Shown here: piece after piece, positions 37,171 through 46,661 of the stretch | How positions within the stretch are numbered: the stretch's first letter is position 1 | Layout: each line of letters opens with the position of its first letter | Assembly (NCBI GenBank): GCA_036499445.1 | Contig: DASYDU010000311.1 | Span: forward strand, 1-59,330 | Origin: Lacipirellulaceae bacterium | GTDB taxonomy: Bacteria > Planctomycetota > Planctomycetia > Pirellulales > Lacipirellulaceae | DNA length: 59,330 nucleotides | Direction of reading: 5' to 3' | Position numbers and translations under genes: made by a program | The notes under the pieces: model-generated | Told to the model about the DNA's origin: nothing | Seen by the model: the letters and a program-made list of their open reading frames with translations, nothing else | Databases searched by the model: none

Positions 37171-40100
37171 ATGTCGATCCGAGTCGCGCTCTATCATCGC
37201 ACCCAGTATTGCTACGACCGCGCGGTCGAGCTGGGGCCGCACCTCGTCCGCCTGCGGCCGGCGCCCCATTGCCGGACGCCGATCCGCAGCTTTTCCTTAC
37301 GGGTGACGCCGGGCGATCATTTCCTGAATTGGCAGCAGGATCCCTATGGCAACTACCTGGCCCGGCTAGTGTTTCACAAACACGTGCCCGAGCTGAAGAT
37401 CGAAGTCGACCTCAACGCCGAGATGACGGTGATCAACCCGTTCGACTTCTTTCTCGAGCCGGACGCGGAGCACTATCCGTTTTCGTACGCGCCGACGCTG
37501 CTCAAGGACTTGATGCCGTTTCTGCACGTGGCCCCTGTGATGGATGGCTCGCCGTTCGCACAGTTTTTGCGGACGGTCGACCGCCGACCGCGTAAAACAA
37601 TCGACTTCCTGGTCGACCTGAATCAACAGCTCAAAAATGCGATCGGGTACGTGATCCGCCTCGAGCCGGGTGTGCAGGCGTGCGACGAAACGCTGGTCAA
37701 AGGGAGCGGGTCTTGCCGCGACACCGGCTGGCTACTGGTGAACGTGCTGCGGCACCTGGGATTTGCCGCGCGGTTCGTCTCAGGTTACCTGATTCAATTG
37801 ACGGCCGACGTGAAATCGCTGGACGGACCCTCCGGGCCGGAGAAGGACTTCACCGACCTGCACGCCTGGGCCGAAGTGTTTTTGCCTGGCGCCGGCTGGA
37901 TCGGGCTCGACCCGACGAGCGGATTGATGGCCGGCGAGGGGCACATTCCGCTGGCCTGTACTCCGGAGCCGATCAGCGCCGCGCCGGTCACGGGCACGGC
38001 CTCGGATGCCAAGTGTGATTTCAGCGTCGTAATGAACGTCACGCGGGTACACGAAGATCCGCGAGTGACAAAGCCGTATACCGAAGAACAATGGGAAGCG
38101 ATCGATAATTTCGGCCGCGAAATTGACGAGCGGCTTGAGGTGGGCGACGTACGGCTGACGATGGGCGGTGAGCCGACCTTTGTTTCGATCGACGACATGG
38201 AAGGAGAGGAGTGGCGGATTGCCGCGGTCGGGCCCCATAAGCGGCGGCTGGCCGGCGATCTCTTGATGCGGCTCAAGCATCGTTGGGCGCCGGGCGGGCT
38301 CTTGCATTTTGGTGAGGGGAAGCAGTATCCGGGCGAGCCGCTACCGCGGTGGGCGCTGCGCTGCTATTGGCGGCTTGACGGAGAGCCGATCTGGCGCGAC
38401 GAATCGTTATTTGCCGATCCGCTGCTGACTGGCTCGCAGACGGCGGACGACGCCAAGCGATTCGGCCGCGAGCTGGCGGCCAGGCTGGGCGTGAATCCCG
38501 ATTTCGTCACGCTTGGCTACGAGGACATGCTGTATTACACGTGGAAAGAGCGCCGGCTGCCGACCAACGTCGATATTCGCGATTCGAAATTGGAGGACGA
38601 GCAGGAGCGGGCTCGCATCGCACGCGTTTTTGAACAAGGGCTCACGGCGCCCGTCGGCTGCGTGCTTCCATTGCGGCGACTATGGTGGCTGGCCGAGCCG
38701 AAGTGGGAGAGCGGCCAGTGGGCGGTGCGATCCGAGGAGATGTTCTTGATACCCGGCGATTCGCCGATGGGTCTGCGACTCCCGCTCGATTCCCTGCCCT
38801 GGTACAGCGGGGCCAAAAACGAAATGCTCGGCTATGCCGTCGATCCAACGGCGCCGCGCGATGCGCTATTGGAATACGATGTGATTCGTGAGCAACTTTT
38901 TGCGCGAAGTGCGCAGTGGGCACACAAGCGGCAACCGGTGCTCGTCGGCGGCGGCTGGAGCGGAGGCGGCGGCCAACCTGGTGGCCGCGGACCTGAGAAC
39001 GGCGCTGGGCCGGGCGGCAACGGCGTGCCGAACGAATGGTTCGCAGATGAGTCTCGCCTGCTCAATCGCAGCATCGAGGCCTCGAGCGTGGTGCGGACCG
39101 CGCTCTGCATCGAGCCCCGCAACGGCGTGATCCACGTCTTCATGCCGCCGCTCGATCGCGTCGAGGACTATCTGGAGCTGGTCACCGCGGTCGAAGACAC
39201 GGCCGCGGCGCTCGCCATGCCGGTCGTTGTCGAAGGTTACTTGCCGCCGCACGATCCGCGGCTCGACCACATCAAAGTGACGCCCGATCCCGGCGTGATC
39301 GAGGTCAACATTCATCCGGCCGATCATTGGGACGAGCTGGTCGACATTACGACCAGTGTCTACGAGGACGCCCGGCTCTCACGGCTGGGCACGGAAAAGT
39401 TTGACCTCGACGGCACCCACACCGGCACCGGTGGCGGCAACCACGTCGTCTTGGGCGGCAAGACGCCGGGAGACAGCCCGTTTGTGCGCCGTCCCGATGT
39501 GCTGCGGAGCCTGGTGGCCTACTGGCACAATCATCCGTCGCTTTCGTACTTACTGTCGGGCTCATTCATCGGTCCCACGAGTCAGTCGCCGCGCGTCGAC
39601 GAAGGCCGTCGCGACGCTGCTTACGAGCTCTCGATTGCGTTCGAACAAATCCCGGCCGAAAATACCTGTCCGCCGTGGCTGGTGGACCGGGTCTTCCGGC
39701 ATTTGCTCGTGGACGGGACCGGCAACACGCATCGCTCTGAGTTTTGCATCGACAAGCTGTGGTCGCCGGACTCGTCGTCGGGCCGCTTGGGCCTGGTCGA
39801 GTTCCGAGCGTTTGAGATGCCGCCCCACGCGAGGATGAGCCTCGCGCAGCAAGTTTTGTTGCGGGCGCTGGTGGCTCGGTTTTGGGCTCATCCCTACAAG
39901 GAGCGGCTGGTAAATTGGGACACCACGCTGCACGACCGGTACTTACTACCCCATTTCGTCCGGCTCGATTTCGAAGACGTGATGGAAGAATCGCGGGCTG
40001 CGGGCTATGAAATGGAGATCGATTGGTTCGCGCCCCACTTCGAATTCCGCTTCCCCGTGATGGGCGACTTCACGCAGCGGAGCATGCGCGTCGAGCTCCG

Positions 40101-40593
40101 CAAAGCGATCGAGCCCTGGTACGTGCTCGGCGAGGAACCGGCCGGCGGCTACACCGCGCGATATGTCGATTCATCGGTCGAGCGGCTCCAGGTAAAAGTA
40201 GTCGGTATGACCGATCCGCGGCACGTCGTGACCTGCAACGGCCGTCGAGTGCCATTGCATCCGACGGGAGTTCAAGGCGAATATGTAGCGGGTGTGCGTT
40301 ATCGCGCGTGGCAGCCGCCAAGCTGTTTGCATCCGACGATCCCAGTCGATACGCCGTTGGTGTTCGATCTGGTCGACACGTGGCAAAAGCGCTCATTGGG
40401 CGGCTGCGTGTATCACGTGGGACATCCAGGCGGGTTGAATCCGGAAACGTTCCCCGTGAACGCGTTTGAAGCGGAGAGCCGGCGGGCTGCCCGGTTCCTG
40501 CGAATCGGACATCGGGGCGGCGTACTGCCCGAGATCCGTGAGGAAACGAATCCCGATTTCCCGCTGACGCTGGATTTGAGGCGGGGCAGGTAA
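37171..40593 (+). CDS. Transglutaminase-like N-terminal module fused to DUF2126
   Basis: 1140 aa. Bact_transglu_N-like MSIRVALYHRTQYCYDRAV...RLRP. Cys-His-Asp core (GSCRDTGW, DLHAWAEVF, GWIGLDPTSG), followed by a long DUF2126-like C-terminal region. Confidence 0.88.
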   Translation: MSIRVALYHRTQYCYDRAVELGPHLVRLRPAPHCRTPIRSFSLRVTPGDHFLNWQQDPYGNYLARLVFHKHVPELKIEVDLNAEMTVINPFDFFLEPDAEHYPFSYAPTLLKDLMPFLHVAPVMDGSPFAQFLRTVDRRPRKTIDFLVDLNQQLKNAIGYVIRLEPGVQACDETLVKGSGSCRDTGWLLVNVLRHLGFAARFVSGYLIQLTADVKSLDGPSGPEKDFTDLHAWAEVFLPGAGWIGLDPTSGLMAGEGHIPLACTPEPISAAPVTGTASDAKCDFSVVMNVTRVHEDPRVTKPYTEEQWEAIDNFGREIDERLEVGDVRLTMGGEPTFVSIDDMEGEEWRIAAVGPHKRRLAGDLLMRLKHRWAPGGLLHFGEGKQYPGEPLPRWALRCYWRLDGEPIWRDESLFADPLLTGSQTADDAKRFGRELAARLGVNPDFVTLGYEDMLYYTWKERRLPTNVDIRDSKLEDEQERARIARVFEQGLTAPVGCVLPLRRLWWLAEPKWESGQWAVRSEEMFLIPGDSPMGLRLPLDSLPWYSGAKNEMLGYAVDPTAPRDALLEYDVIREQLFARSAQWAHKRQPVLVGGGWSGGGGQPGGRGPENGAGPGGNGVPNEWFADESRLLNRSIEASSVVRTALCIEPRNGVIHVFMPPLDRVEDYLELVTAVEDTAAALAMPVVVEGYLPPHDPRLDHIKVTPDPGVIEVNIHPADHWDELVDITTSVYEDARLSRLGTEKFDLDGTHTGTGGGNHVVLGGKTPGDSPFVRRPDVLRSLVAYWHNHPSLSYLLSGSFIGPTSQSPRVDEGRRDAAYELSIAFEQIPAENTCPPWLVDRVFRHLLVDGTGNTHRSEFCIDKLWSPDSSSGRLGLVEFRAFEMPPHARMSLAQQVLLRALVARFWAHPYKERLVNWDTTLHDRYLLPHFVRLDFEDVMEESRAAGYEMEIDWFAPHFEFRFPVMGDFTQRSMRVELRKAIEPWYVLGEEPAGGYTARYVDSSVERLQVKVVGMTDPRHVVTCNGRRVPLHPTGVQGEYVAGVRYRAWQPPSCLHPTIPVDTPLVFDLVDTWQKRSLGGCVYHVGHPGGLNPETFPVNAFEAESRRAARFLRIGHRGGVLPEIREETNPDFPLTLDLRRGR

Positions 40594-40625
40594 TTGCTAA
40601 TTTGATTTAAAGGCGGATTGACCAC

Positions 40626-43166
40626 GTGAGCGTGAAGGAGCCCTGTAGCGAAGCCAATCCGTTCGGCGACTACGCGATCACACCGGGTCACTACGACGAG
40701 GTGTATGCGGCGGTCGGCGACGTGCGTCCCCATTGGCAGCGGTTTTTTGAGCTGACCGGCGAATTGGGAAAGGACGAGTTCGCGCGGCGCTGGGAACAAA
40801 CCCGCCGGCTGCTCGAGCAAAACAGCCTGACGTATCCCGACCCGAGCGATCCGACGGGCGGGCGGCGGCCCTGGGAACTTGATCCCTATCCTTTGCTGCT
40901 GGCGGCCGACGAGTGGAAGGCGATCGCCGCCGCGCTCCGCCAGCGGGCCACACTCTTCGACCTGGTGCTGCGTGATCTCTACGGCCCACAACTGTTGATT
41001 CAGCGCGGCCTCATTTCGGCCGAGGTCACGTTTCGACATCCCGATTTCCGCTTGCCGTATTGCGGGCAGCGGCCGCCGCTGGGAACGTTTCTCCATTTCT
41101 ATGCCGCGGATTTGACCCGCTCGCCCGACGGAAAGTGGTGGGTGCTCACCGATCATTGCGAAGCGCCGACCGGCGTCGGCTTTGCGCTCGAAAATCGGCT
41201 AGCGCTGTCGCGGATGCTGCCCGAAGTTTTTCGGCAATGTCAGGTCGAGCGACTGGCACCGTATTTCGTGCAGGTCCGCGAGCAATTGGCGCGGATTGCG
41301 CCCAGCCGCCATCGCGACCCGCGGATCGTGATGCTCACCCAAGAAGCGGGGAGCGCCAGCTACTTTGAAGATGCTTACCTCGCGCGATACCTCGGCTACA
41401 CGCTCGTCGAGGCTGGCGATCTGGCGGTGCGAAACAATCAAGTCTTCATGAAGACGCTGGGCGGGTTGATGCCGGTCGACGTCTTGTTGCGGCGGCCCAA
41501 TAGCGACGAATGTGATCCGCTCGAACTTTCGGACAAGTCGGCCTTTGGCGTGGCCGGGTTGATGCAGGCAGCTCAAAGCGGCAAGGTGGCGGTCGCCAAT
41601 ACGCTGGGGAGCGGGCTTGTCGAGTCGCCGGTGTTCATGGCGTTCCTGCCACAATTGTGTCAGGCGCTTTTGAGCGAACCGCTGAAGATGCCCGGCGTGG
41701 CCACCTGGTGGTGCGGCGATGCGCAGTCGCGGCGCTACGTTTTGGATCACCTCGACGAGTTAGACATTCAACCGGCGTACCGCCGTCGTGGTATGGAGCA
41801 GAAGGCGGCACGGCAAATGGCCGACTGGTCGCCCGAGGTGTTGGCCGCGCGGATCGAAGCGCAACCGTACAATTTTGTGGCTCAAGAGCGCGTGGTGCGA
41901 TCGACTGCGCCGACCTGGTCGGGCGACGACTTGCTCGGCTCGTTCGTGGCGCTGCGAACGTTTGCCGTGGCCAACGGCGAGGGCTATGCCGTGATGCCTG
42001 GTGGTTTGACGCGGGTTTCCTCGTCGCTCGAGTCGCTCCGTCTGTCGATCGTCGAAGGGCAGCGGAGCAAAGATACGTGGATTCTCTCGGAAGGCCCTGT
42101 GGCGCCGATCACGCTGCTGCGGACCACGGACGAAGACGTGCCGCTGCGCCGCGGCGGCGTGGACCTGCCTAGCCGCGTGGCGGAGGATTTCTTCTGGCTC
42201 GGTCGGCAAGCGGAGCGGGCCGAAGCGCTCGCGCGACTTTTGCGTACCGTGACTTTGCGGCTCACCAGCGAGGCCGGCAGCTCGCTTTTGCCCGAGTTAC
42301 CCTACCTGCTGCGCGTGCTCGCCGAGCGCGGTCAGATCGAGCCCGGCTTTGTCGTCGAGGAGATCAGGACGCAACTGCCGGCGATCGAAGGTTTGCTGCC
42401 GATTTCGGTGTTTGACGATCAGCAGGTGGGCTCGCTGCGGTCGATGGTCAGCAAATTGGCCTACTTGGGCTCGATCGTTCGCGACCGGATTTCGATTCAC
42501 ACCTGGCGCATCCTGCGGCAGATGGACGAGCAGTTTTGGCCGGCCAGGAGCGACGTCCACTTGGCCGACATGCTGGAACGGATCGACGGTCTGTTGGTCA
42601 ATCTTTCCGCGTTTACCGGGCTGGTGCTCGAAAGCATGACGCGGACACAGGCCTGGCAGTTTTTGCACCTCGGCCGGCGCTTGGAGCGGGCGCTGCAGAC
42701 AACCAGCTTGATCCACATCATGCTCCAAGGCAGCGGCGCGACCGAGCACGCGGCGCTCGAAGCGCTTCTCGAAGTGGCCGACAGCATTATGACCTACCGT
42801 TCGCGGTATTTGGCCCGCGTGCAGCTTGGGCCGGTGCTCGACCTCTTGCTGACCGACGAGTCGAATCCGCGCAGCGTGGCGTTTCAACTGGTCAACTGCG
42901 TGATCCACGTCGGCCAACTGCCGCGCGACGTGTACGAACTGGATGACCCAGCGGAACAAAAGCTGGCCACGTCGCTGCTGCAAACGATTCGCCAAATGGA
43001 TAGTCAAGAACTGGCCCGGGCCTATGTGCTCGGCGACACCGAGCGGCTCGAATGGCTCTTCATGAGGATCGAATCGGCGCTGCCGCGATTGTCGGACGCG
43101 ATTTCGCACAAATACTTGATCCACGCCGGCCCGACGCAGCGGCTGGCAGAGATCGATCCGGCGTAA
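40626..43166 (+). CDS. Circularly permuted type-2 ATP-grasp fused to alpha-E domain
   Basis: 846 aa, GTG start. COG2308-like N-terminus (YDEVYAAVGDVRPHWQRFFE...NSLTYP). Alpha-E half begins LPSRVAEDFFWLGRQAERAEALARLLR. Confidence 0.88.
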   Translation: MSVKEPCSEANPFGDYAITPGHYDEVYAAVGDVRPHWQRFFELTGELGKDEFARRWEQTRRLLEQNSLTYPDPSDPTGGRRPWELDPYPLLLAADEWKAIAAALRQRATLFDLVLRDLYGPQLLIQRGLISAEVTFRHPDFRLPYCGQRPPLGTFLHFYAADLTRSPDGKWWVLTDHCEAPTGVGFALENRLALSRMLPEVFRQCQVERLAPYFVQVREQLARIAPSRHRDPRIVMLTQEAGSASYFEDAYLARYLGYTLVEAGDLAVRNNQVFMKTLGGLMPVDVLLRRPNSDECDPLELSDKSAFGVAGLMQAAQSGKVAVANTLGSGLVESPVFMAFLPQLCQALLSEPLKMPGVATWWCGDAQSRRYVLDHLDELDIQPAYRRRGMEQKAARQMADWSPEVLAARIEAQPYNFVAQERVVRSTAPTWSGDDLLGSFVALRTFAVANGEGYAVMPGGLTRVSSSLESLRLSIVEGQRSKDTWILSEGPVAPITLLRTTDEDVPLRRGGVDLPSRVAEDFFWLGRQAERAEALARLLRTVTLRLTSEAGSSLLPELPYLLRVLAERGQIEPGFVVEEIRTQLPAIEGLLPISVFDDQQVGSLRSMVSKLAYLGSIVRDRISIHTWRILRQMDEQFWPARSDVHLADMLERIDGLLVNLSAFTGLVLESMTRTQAWQFLHLGRRLERALQTTSLIHIMLQGSGATEHAALEALLEVADSIMTYRSRYLARVQLGPVLDLLLTDESNPRSVAFQLVNCVIHVGQLPRDVYELDDPAEQKLATSLLQTIRQMDSQELARAYVLGDTERLEWLFMRIESALPRLSDAISHKYLIHAGPTQRLAEIDPA

Positions 43167-43190
43167 GTGGGGTTCGGGGCTTGGGATTCA

Positions 43191-44075
43191 ATGCGCTACA
43201 CTATCCGCCATGCGACGTTTTATTCCTACACCGAACCGGTGCCGGTCTGCCACAATCAGGTGCATCTCGCGCCGCGGACAACGGCGTCCCAGACCTGCAG
43301 CGAACACGAGCTGGCGATCGATCCCGTGCCTTCGATTCGAGCGCGGCGTCATGATTACTTCGGCAACTTCGTCGACTACTTTTCGATTCAAGAGGCGCAT
43401 GAGGGGCTCGACGTTACGGCCACTAGCACTGTCGAGGTGACGCCGCCCAAGGCCCGCAAGTTGTCCGAATCGCCGGCCTGGGAGGATGTCGCCGGTTACA
43501 TCCCGAGAGATCTCAGCACGGACGGTTTGGCGGTCTACCAGTTTACGCTGCCTTCGCCGCGCGTCGCGCCGACGGCAGCGCTGCGAGAGTATGTTTCGCC
43601 AAGTTTCACGAAGCGGCGGCCAATCGCGGAGGCCGTGCGCGATTTGACGGCCCGAATCCACGCCGAATTCACGTTCGATCCCAAGGCCACCACGGTCCAT
43701 ACGCCGCCCGAAGAATTCCTCGCGCTGAAGCGCGGGGTGTGCCAGGACTTTGCGCATCTTTCGATCGGTTGCTTGCGGACGCTCGGGCTGGCGGCGCGCT
43801 ACATCAGCGGCTACGTCTGCACGGCGCCGCCGCCGGGAATGCCGCGATTGCAGGGTGCCGACGCGTCGCACGCTTGGGTTTCGGTCTATTGCGGACCGCT
43901 CGGTTGGATCGACTTCGATCCGACGAATGACGCGGTGGTGAGCGATTCGCACATCACGATCGGCTGGGGCCGCGACTACGCCGACGTCTGTCCGATTCAG
44001 GGCGTGTTCGTAGGCGGCGGCGAGCATAGCATGAACGTCGGCGTCGATGTGATTCCGATTCAAGAGAAGGCGTAG
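43191..44075 (+). CDS. Transglutaminase-family protein (Bact_transglu_N + transglutaminase core)
   Basis: Start moved to ATG 43191 (MRYTIRHATFYSYTEPV). Catalytic triad motifs GVCQDFAHL, ASHAWVSVY, GWIDFDPTN. Confidence 0.88.
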   Translation: MRYTIRHATFYSYTEPVPVCHNQVHLAPRTTASQTCSEHELAIDPVPSIRARRHDYFGNFVDYFSIQEAHEGLDVTATSTVEVTPPKARKLSESPAWEDVAGYIPRDLSTDGLAVYQFTLPSPRVAPTAALREYVSPSFTKRRPIAEAVRDLTARIHAEFTFDPKATTVHTPPEEFLALKRGVCQDFAHLSIGCLRTLGLAARYISGYVCTAPPPGMPRLQGADASHAWVSVYCGPLGWIDFDPTNDAVVSDSHITIGWGRDYADVCPIQGVFVGGGEHSMNVGVDVIPIQEKA

Positions 44076-44081
44076 GCGGCA

Positions 44082-46637
44082 ATGTATTGGCGGGCGGTGT
44101 GTGCGAACGCGGTGCTGATTTTGTCGCTGGTGGCGCGATCATATGCCGTGGGGCCGGATGTTCAACCGGCGACAGACGCCAACCCGCTAACATGGCCGAC
44201 GGTCACCCGCGAAATGCGGCCCTGGACACGGTGGTGGTGGCTTGGCTCGGCGGTAGACAACGAGAATCTGACGCGGCTCCTCGAGACGTATCACGCGGCG
44301 GGGCTCGGCGGCGTCGAAATCACATGCCTCTACGGTGTTCGCGGCGCGGAGTCGCGTGAACTGCCGTATCTTTCTGACCGCTGGGTCGCGGCCGTCCAAC
44401 ATACGCTGGATGAGGCCAAGCGACTCGACATGGGCGTCGATCTGCCGACCGGTTCCGGTTGGCGAATGGGCGGCCCATCCGTTACAGAAGCGGACGAAGA
44501 TTTGCAGCTAGTGATCTCGGGCGAACCGCCGACCATCACATCGCGATGGTCACGCGATAATGTCAAGCGACCGGCGCCGGGCGGCGAAGGACGCAGCATC
44601 AACCCCTATTCGCGGCAGTCGCTTGATCATTATCTCGATCACTTTGCGCAGGCAATCAAGGGGCTGCCACCTGCAGGCATTCGCGCTCAATTTCACGACT
44701 CCTTCGAATACGACGGCAATTGGTGCGACGATTTCCTCGCTCGGTTCGAACGCCGTCGGGGCTACCGTTTGCAGGACCATCTCTCGGCGCTTGCCGGGGA
44801 AGGAGATGCGGACGACGCGGCCCGCGTAAAGTGCGATTATCGCGAAACGTTGTCTGACTTGGTGCGCGAGAACCTGGTCCAGCCGTGGGTCGCCTGGTCG
44901 CACGCCAGCGGCATGCTCGCCCGCAATCAGGCTCACGGCTCGCCCGGCAATTGGCTCGACCTCTACGCGGCCTGCGATATTCCAGAGACCGAGCACTTCG
45001 GCCGACTTGGCAATAGCGGCACCGAACGCCTGGTGTTTCAATTTGCTTCGTCGGCCGCGCACGTTGCCGGCCGGCCGCTGGTGTCGAGCGAGACCTGCAC
45101 TTGGCTCGACGAACATTTTCAGGAAACGCTCGCCGAGATGAAGGAGCTCGTCGACCGTTTGTTCTTAGCAGGCATCAACCACGTCATTTATCACGGCACG
45201 GCCTATTCACCGGCAGATGCCGCGTGGCCCGGCTGGCTATTTTATGCGGCCAGCGAAATCAATCCGCAAAACCCCATCTGGCACGATCTGCCGCAGCTCA
45301 ATGAATATGTGATGCGCTGCCAATCGCTGCTGCAATCGACGCAATCGGACAACGACGTCCTGCTCTATTGGCCGATCTTTGATCAATGGCAGGACGCGCG
45401 CGGGCTGCGCCAGCGCATGCAGGTCGAGAACGTCGCCGAATGGTTTCATCCAACGCCGTTCGGCCAGACCGCCAAATGGCTCGAAGAGCAAGGATACGCG
45501 TTCGATTATGTCTCCGACGGCTTGCTCGCCAACTGCCGCGTGCGCGATGGCCGCCTCCACGCGCCAGGTGGCGACTACTCGGCGATTGTCGTGCCGCGTG
45601 CCAAGTTGATGCCGCTCAAAACGCTTCAGGTGCTCGCCAACTTGGCACGAGGAGGCGTTTCCCTAGTCTTTCTTGGCGGCATGCCCAGCGGCCCGCCGGG
45701 CCTCAAAGCCGATGACGACCGCGCCGCTTGGGACCAAATGATTGCTCAAATAAAAACCACCGGCCGCTACCTGGAAGGCGAAGAACTAGGGGCGCTGCTC
45801 ACCGAAGCAAACGTCCGCTGCGAATCGTGGCGCGCCAGCGAACATCTGGCCTTCCATCGCCGCACTTGGTCCGGCGGCCACCTCTACTTCGTCAAGAATG
45901 AATCCGATCAGCCGTACGACGGAAAGATTGTTCCGGCGGTTGATTGGCAGGCTGCAGCGATCATGAGTCCGGCCGATGGACGAGTTGGCATGGCCGATGG
46001 AACGAACGGCATCCGCTTGCAACTCGCGCCGCACCAGACGGTATTCGTGAAAACGATTCGCGAGGCGGTCGCCGGGCCCGCTTGGCCATACCGCGAGATG
46101 CTGGGTGAACCGATGGCGCTCGACGGCGAATGGCACGTCGAATTCGCGACCGGCGGGCCGGAGCTCCCGCCGCCATTTTCCGCGCATCGCCTCGTTAGCT
46201 GGACGCAGCTGGCTGGCGCCGAAGGTGAGCGATTTGCTGGTACCGCGCGATATTCGGCTGACTTCAATCCCGACGTCCGCGCTAATCGCTACTTGCTCGA
46301 TCTGGGCGCGGTGGCCGATAGCGCGCTGGTCGAGCTCAATGGCAAGATCGTAGCCACGCTGATCTCGCCACCCTTCCAAGTGGAGATTGGCCCGCTCGTG
46401 GACGGCGACAATCACTTGGTCGTCGACGTGACGAACGTGGCCGCGAACCGCATCCGCGATCTCGATCGCCGCCACATCGAATGGAAGATCTTCAAGGACA
46501 TCAACTTCGTCAACATCCAATACAAGCCGTTCGACGCTTCGCAATGGCCCGTGCGCGAGGCCGGCCTGCTGGGGCCGGTCACGCTAACGCCACTCGCTGA
46601 AGCGCACGACACAGACGCGCCGCACTCGAGCAAATAA
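44082..46637 (+). CDS. Secreted glycoside hydrolase, GH106-like (putative alpha-L-rhamnosidase family)
   Basis: 851 aa with a signal peptide. MRPWTRWWWLGSAVDNENLTRLLETYHAAGLGGVEI...LPTGSGWRMGGP matches the N-terminal pattern I recall for this family. The family call is from memory only. Confidence 0.65.
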   Translation: MYWRAVCANAVLILSLVARSYAVGPDVQPATDANPLTWPTVTREMRPWTRWWWLGSAVDNENLTRLLETYHAAGLGGVEITCLYGVRGAESRELPYLSDRWVAAVQHTLDEAKRLDMGVDLPTGSGWRMGGPSVTEADEDLQLVISGEPPTITSRWSRDNVKRPAPGGEGRSINPYSRQSLDHYLDHFAQAIKGLPPAGIRAQFHDSFEYDGNWCDDFLARFERRRGYRLQDHLSALAGEGDADDAARVKCDYRETLSDLVRENLVQPWVAWSHASGMLARNQAHGSPGNWLDLYAACDIPETEHFGRLGNSGTERLVFQFASSAAHVAGRPLVSSETCTWLDEHFQETLAEMKELVDRLFLAGINHVIYHGTAYSPADAAWPGWLFYAASEINPQNPIWHDLPQLNEYVMRCQSLLQSTQSDNDVLLYWPIFDQWQDARGLRQRMQVENVAEWFHPTPFGQTAKWLEEQGYAFDYVSDGLLANCRVRDGRLHAPGGDYSAIVVPRAKLMPLKTLQVLANLARGGVSLVFLGGMPSGPPGLKADDDRAAWDQMIAQIKTTGRYLEGEELGALLTEANVRCESWRASEHLAFHRRTWSGGHLYFVKNESDQPYDGKIVPAVDWQAAAIMSPADGRVGMADGTNGIRLQLAPHQTVFVKTIREAVAGPAWPYREMLGEPMALDGEWHVEFATGGPELPPPFSAHRLVSWTQLAGAEGERFAGTARYSADFNPDVRANRYLLDLGAVADSALVELNGKIVATLISPPFQVEIGPLVDGDNHLVVDVTNVAANRIRDLDRRHIEWKIFKDINFVNIQYKPFDASQWPVREAGLLGPVTLTPLAEAHDTDAPHSSK

Positions 46638-46661
46638 AGTGCTCCCGGCAAGCGGCGTTCG

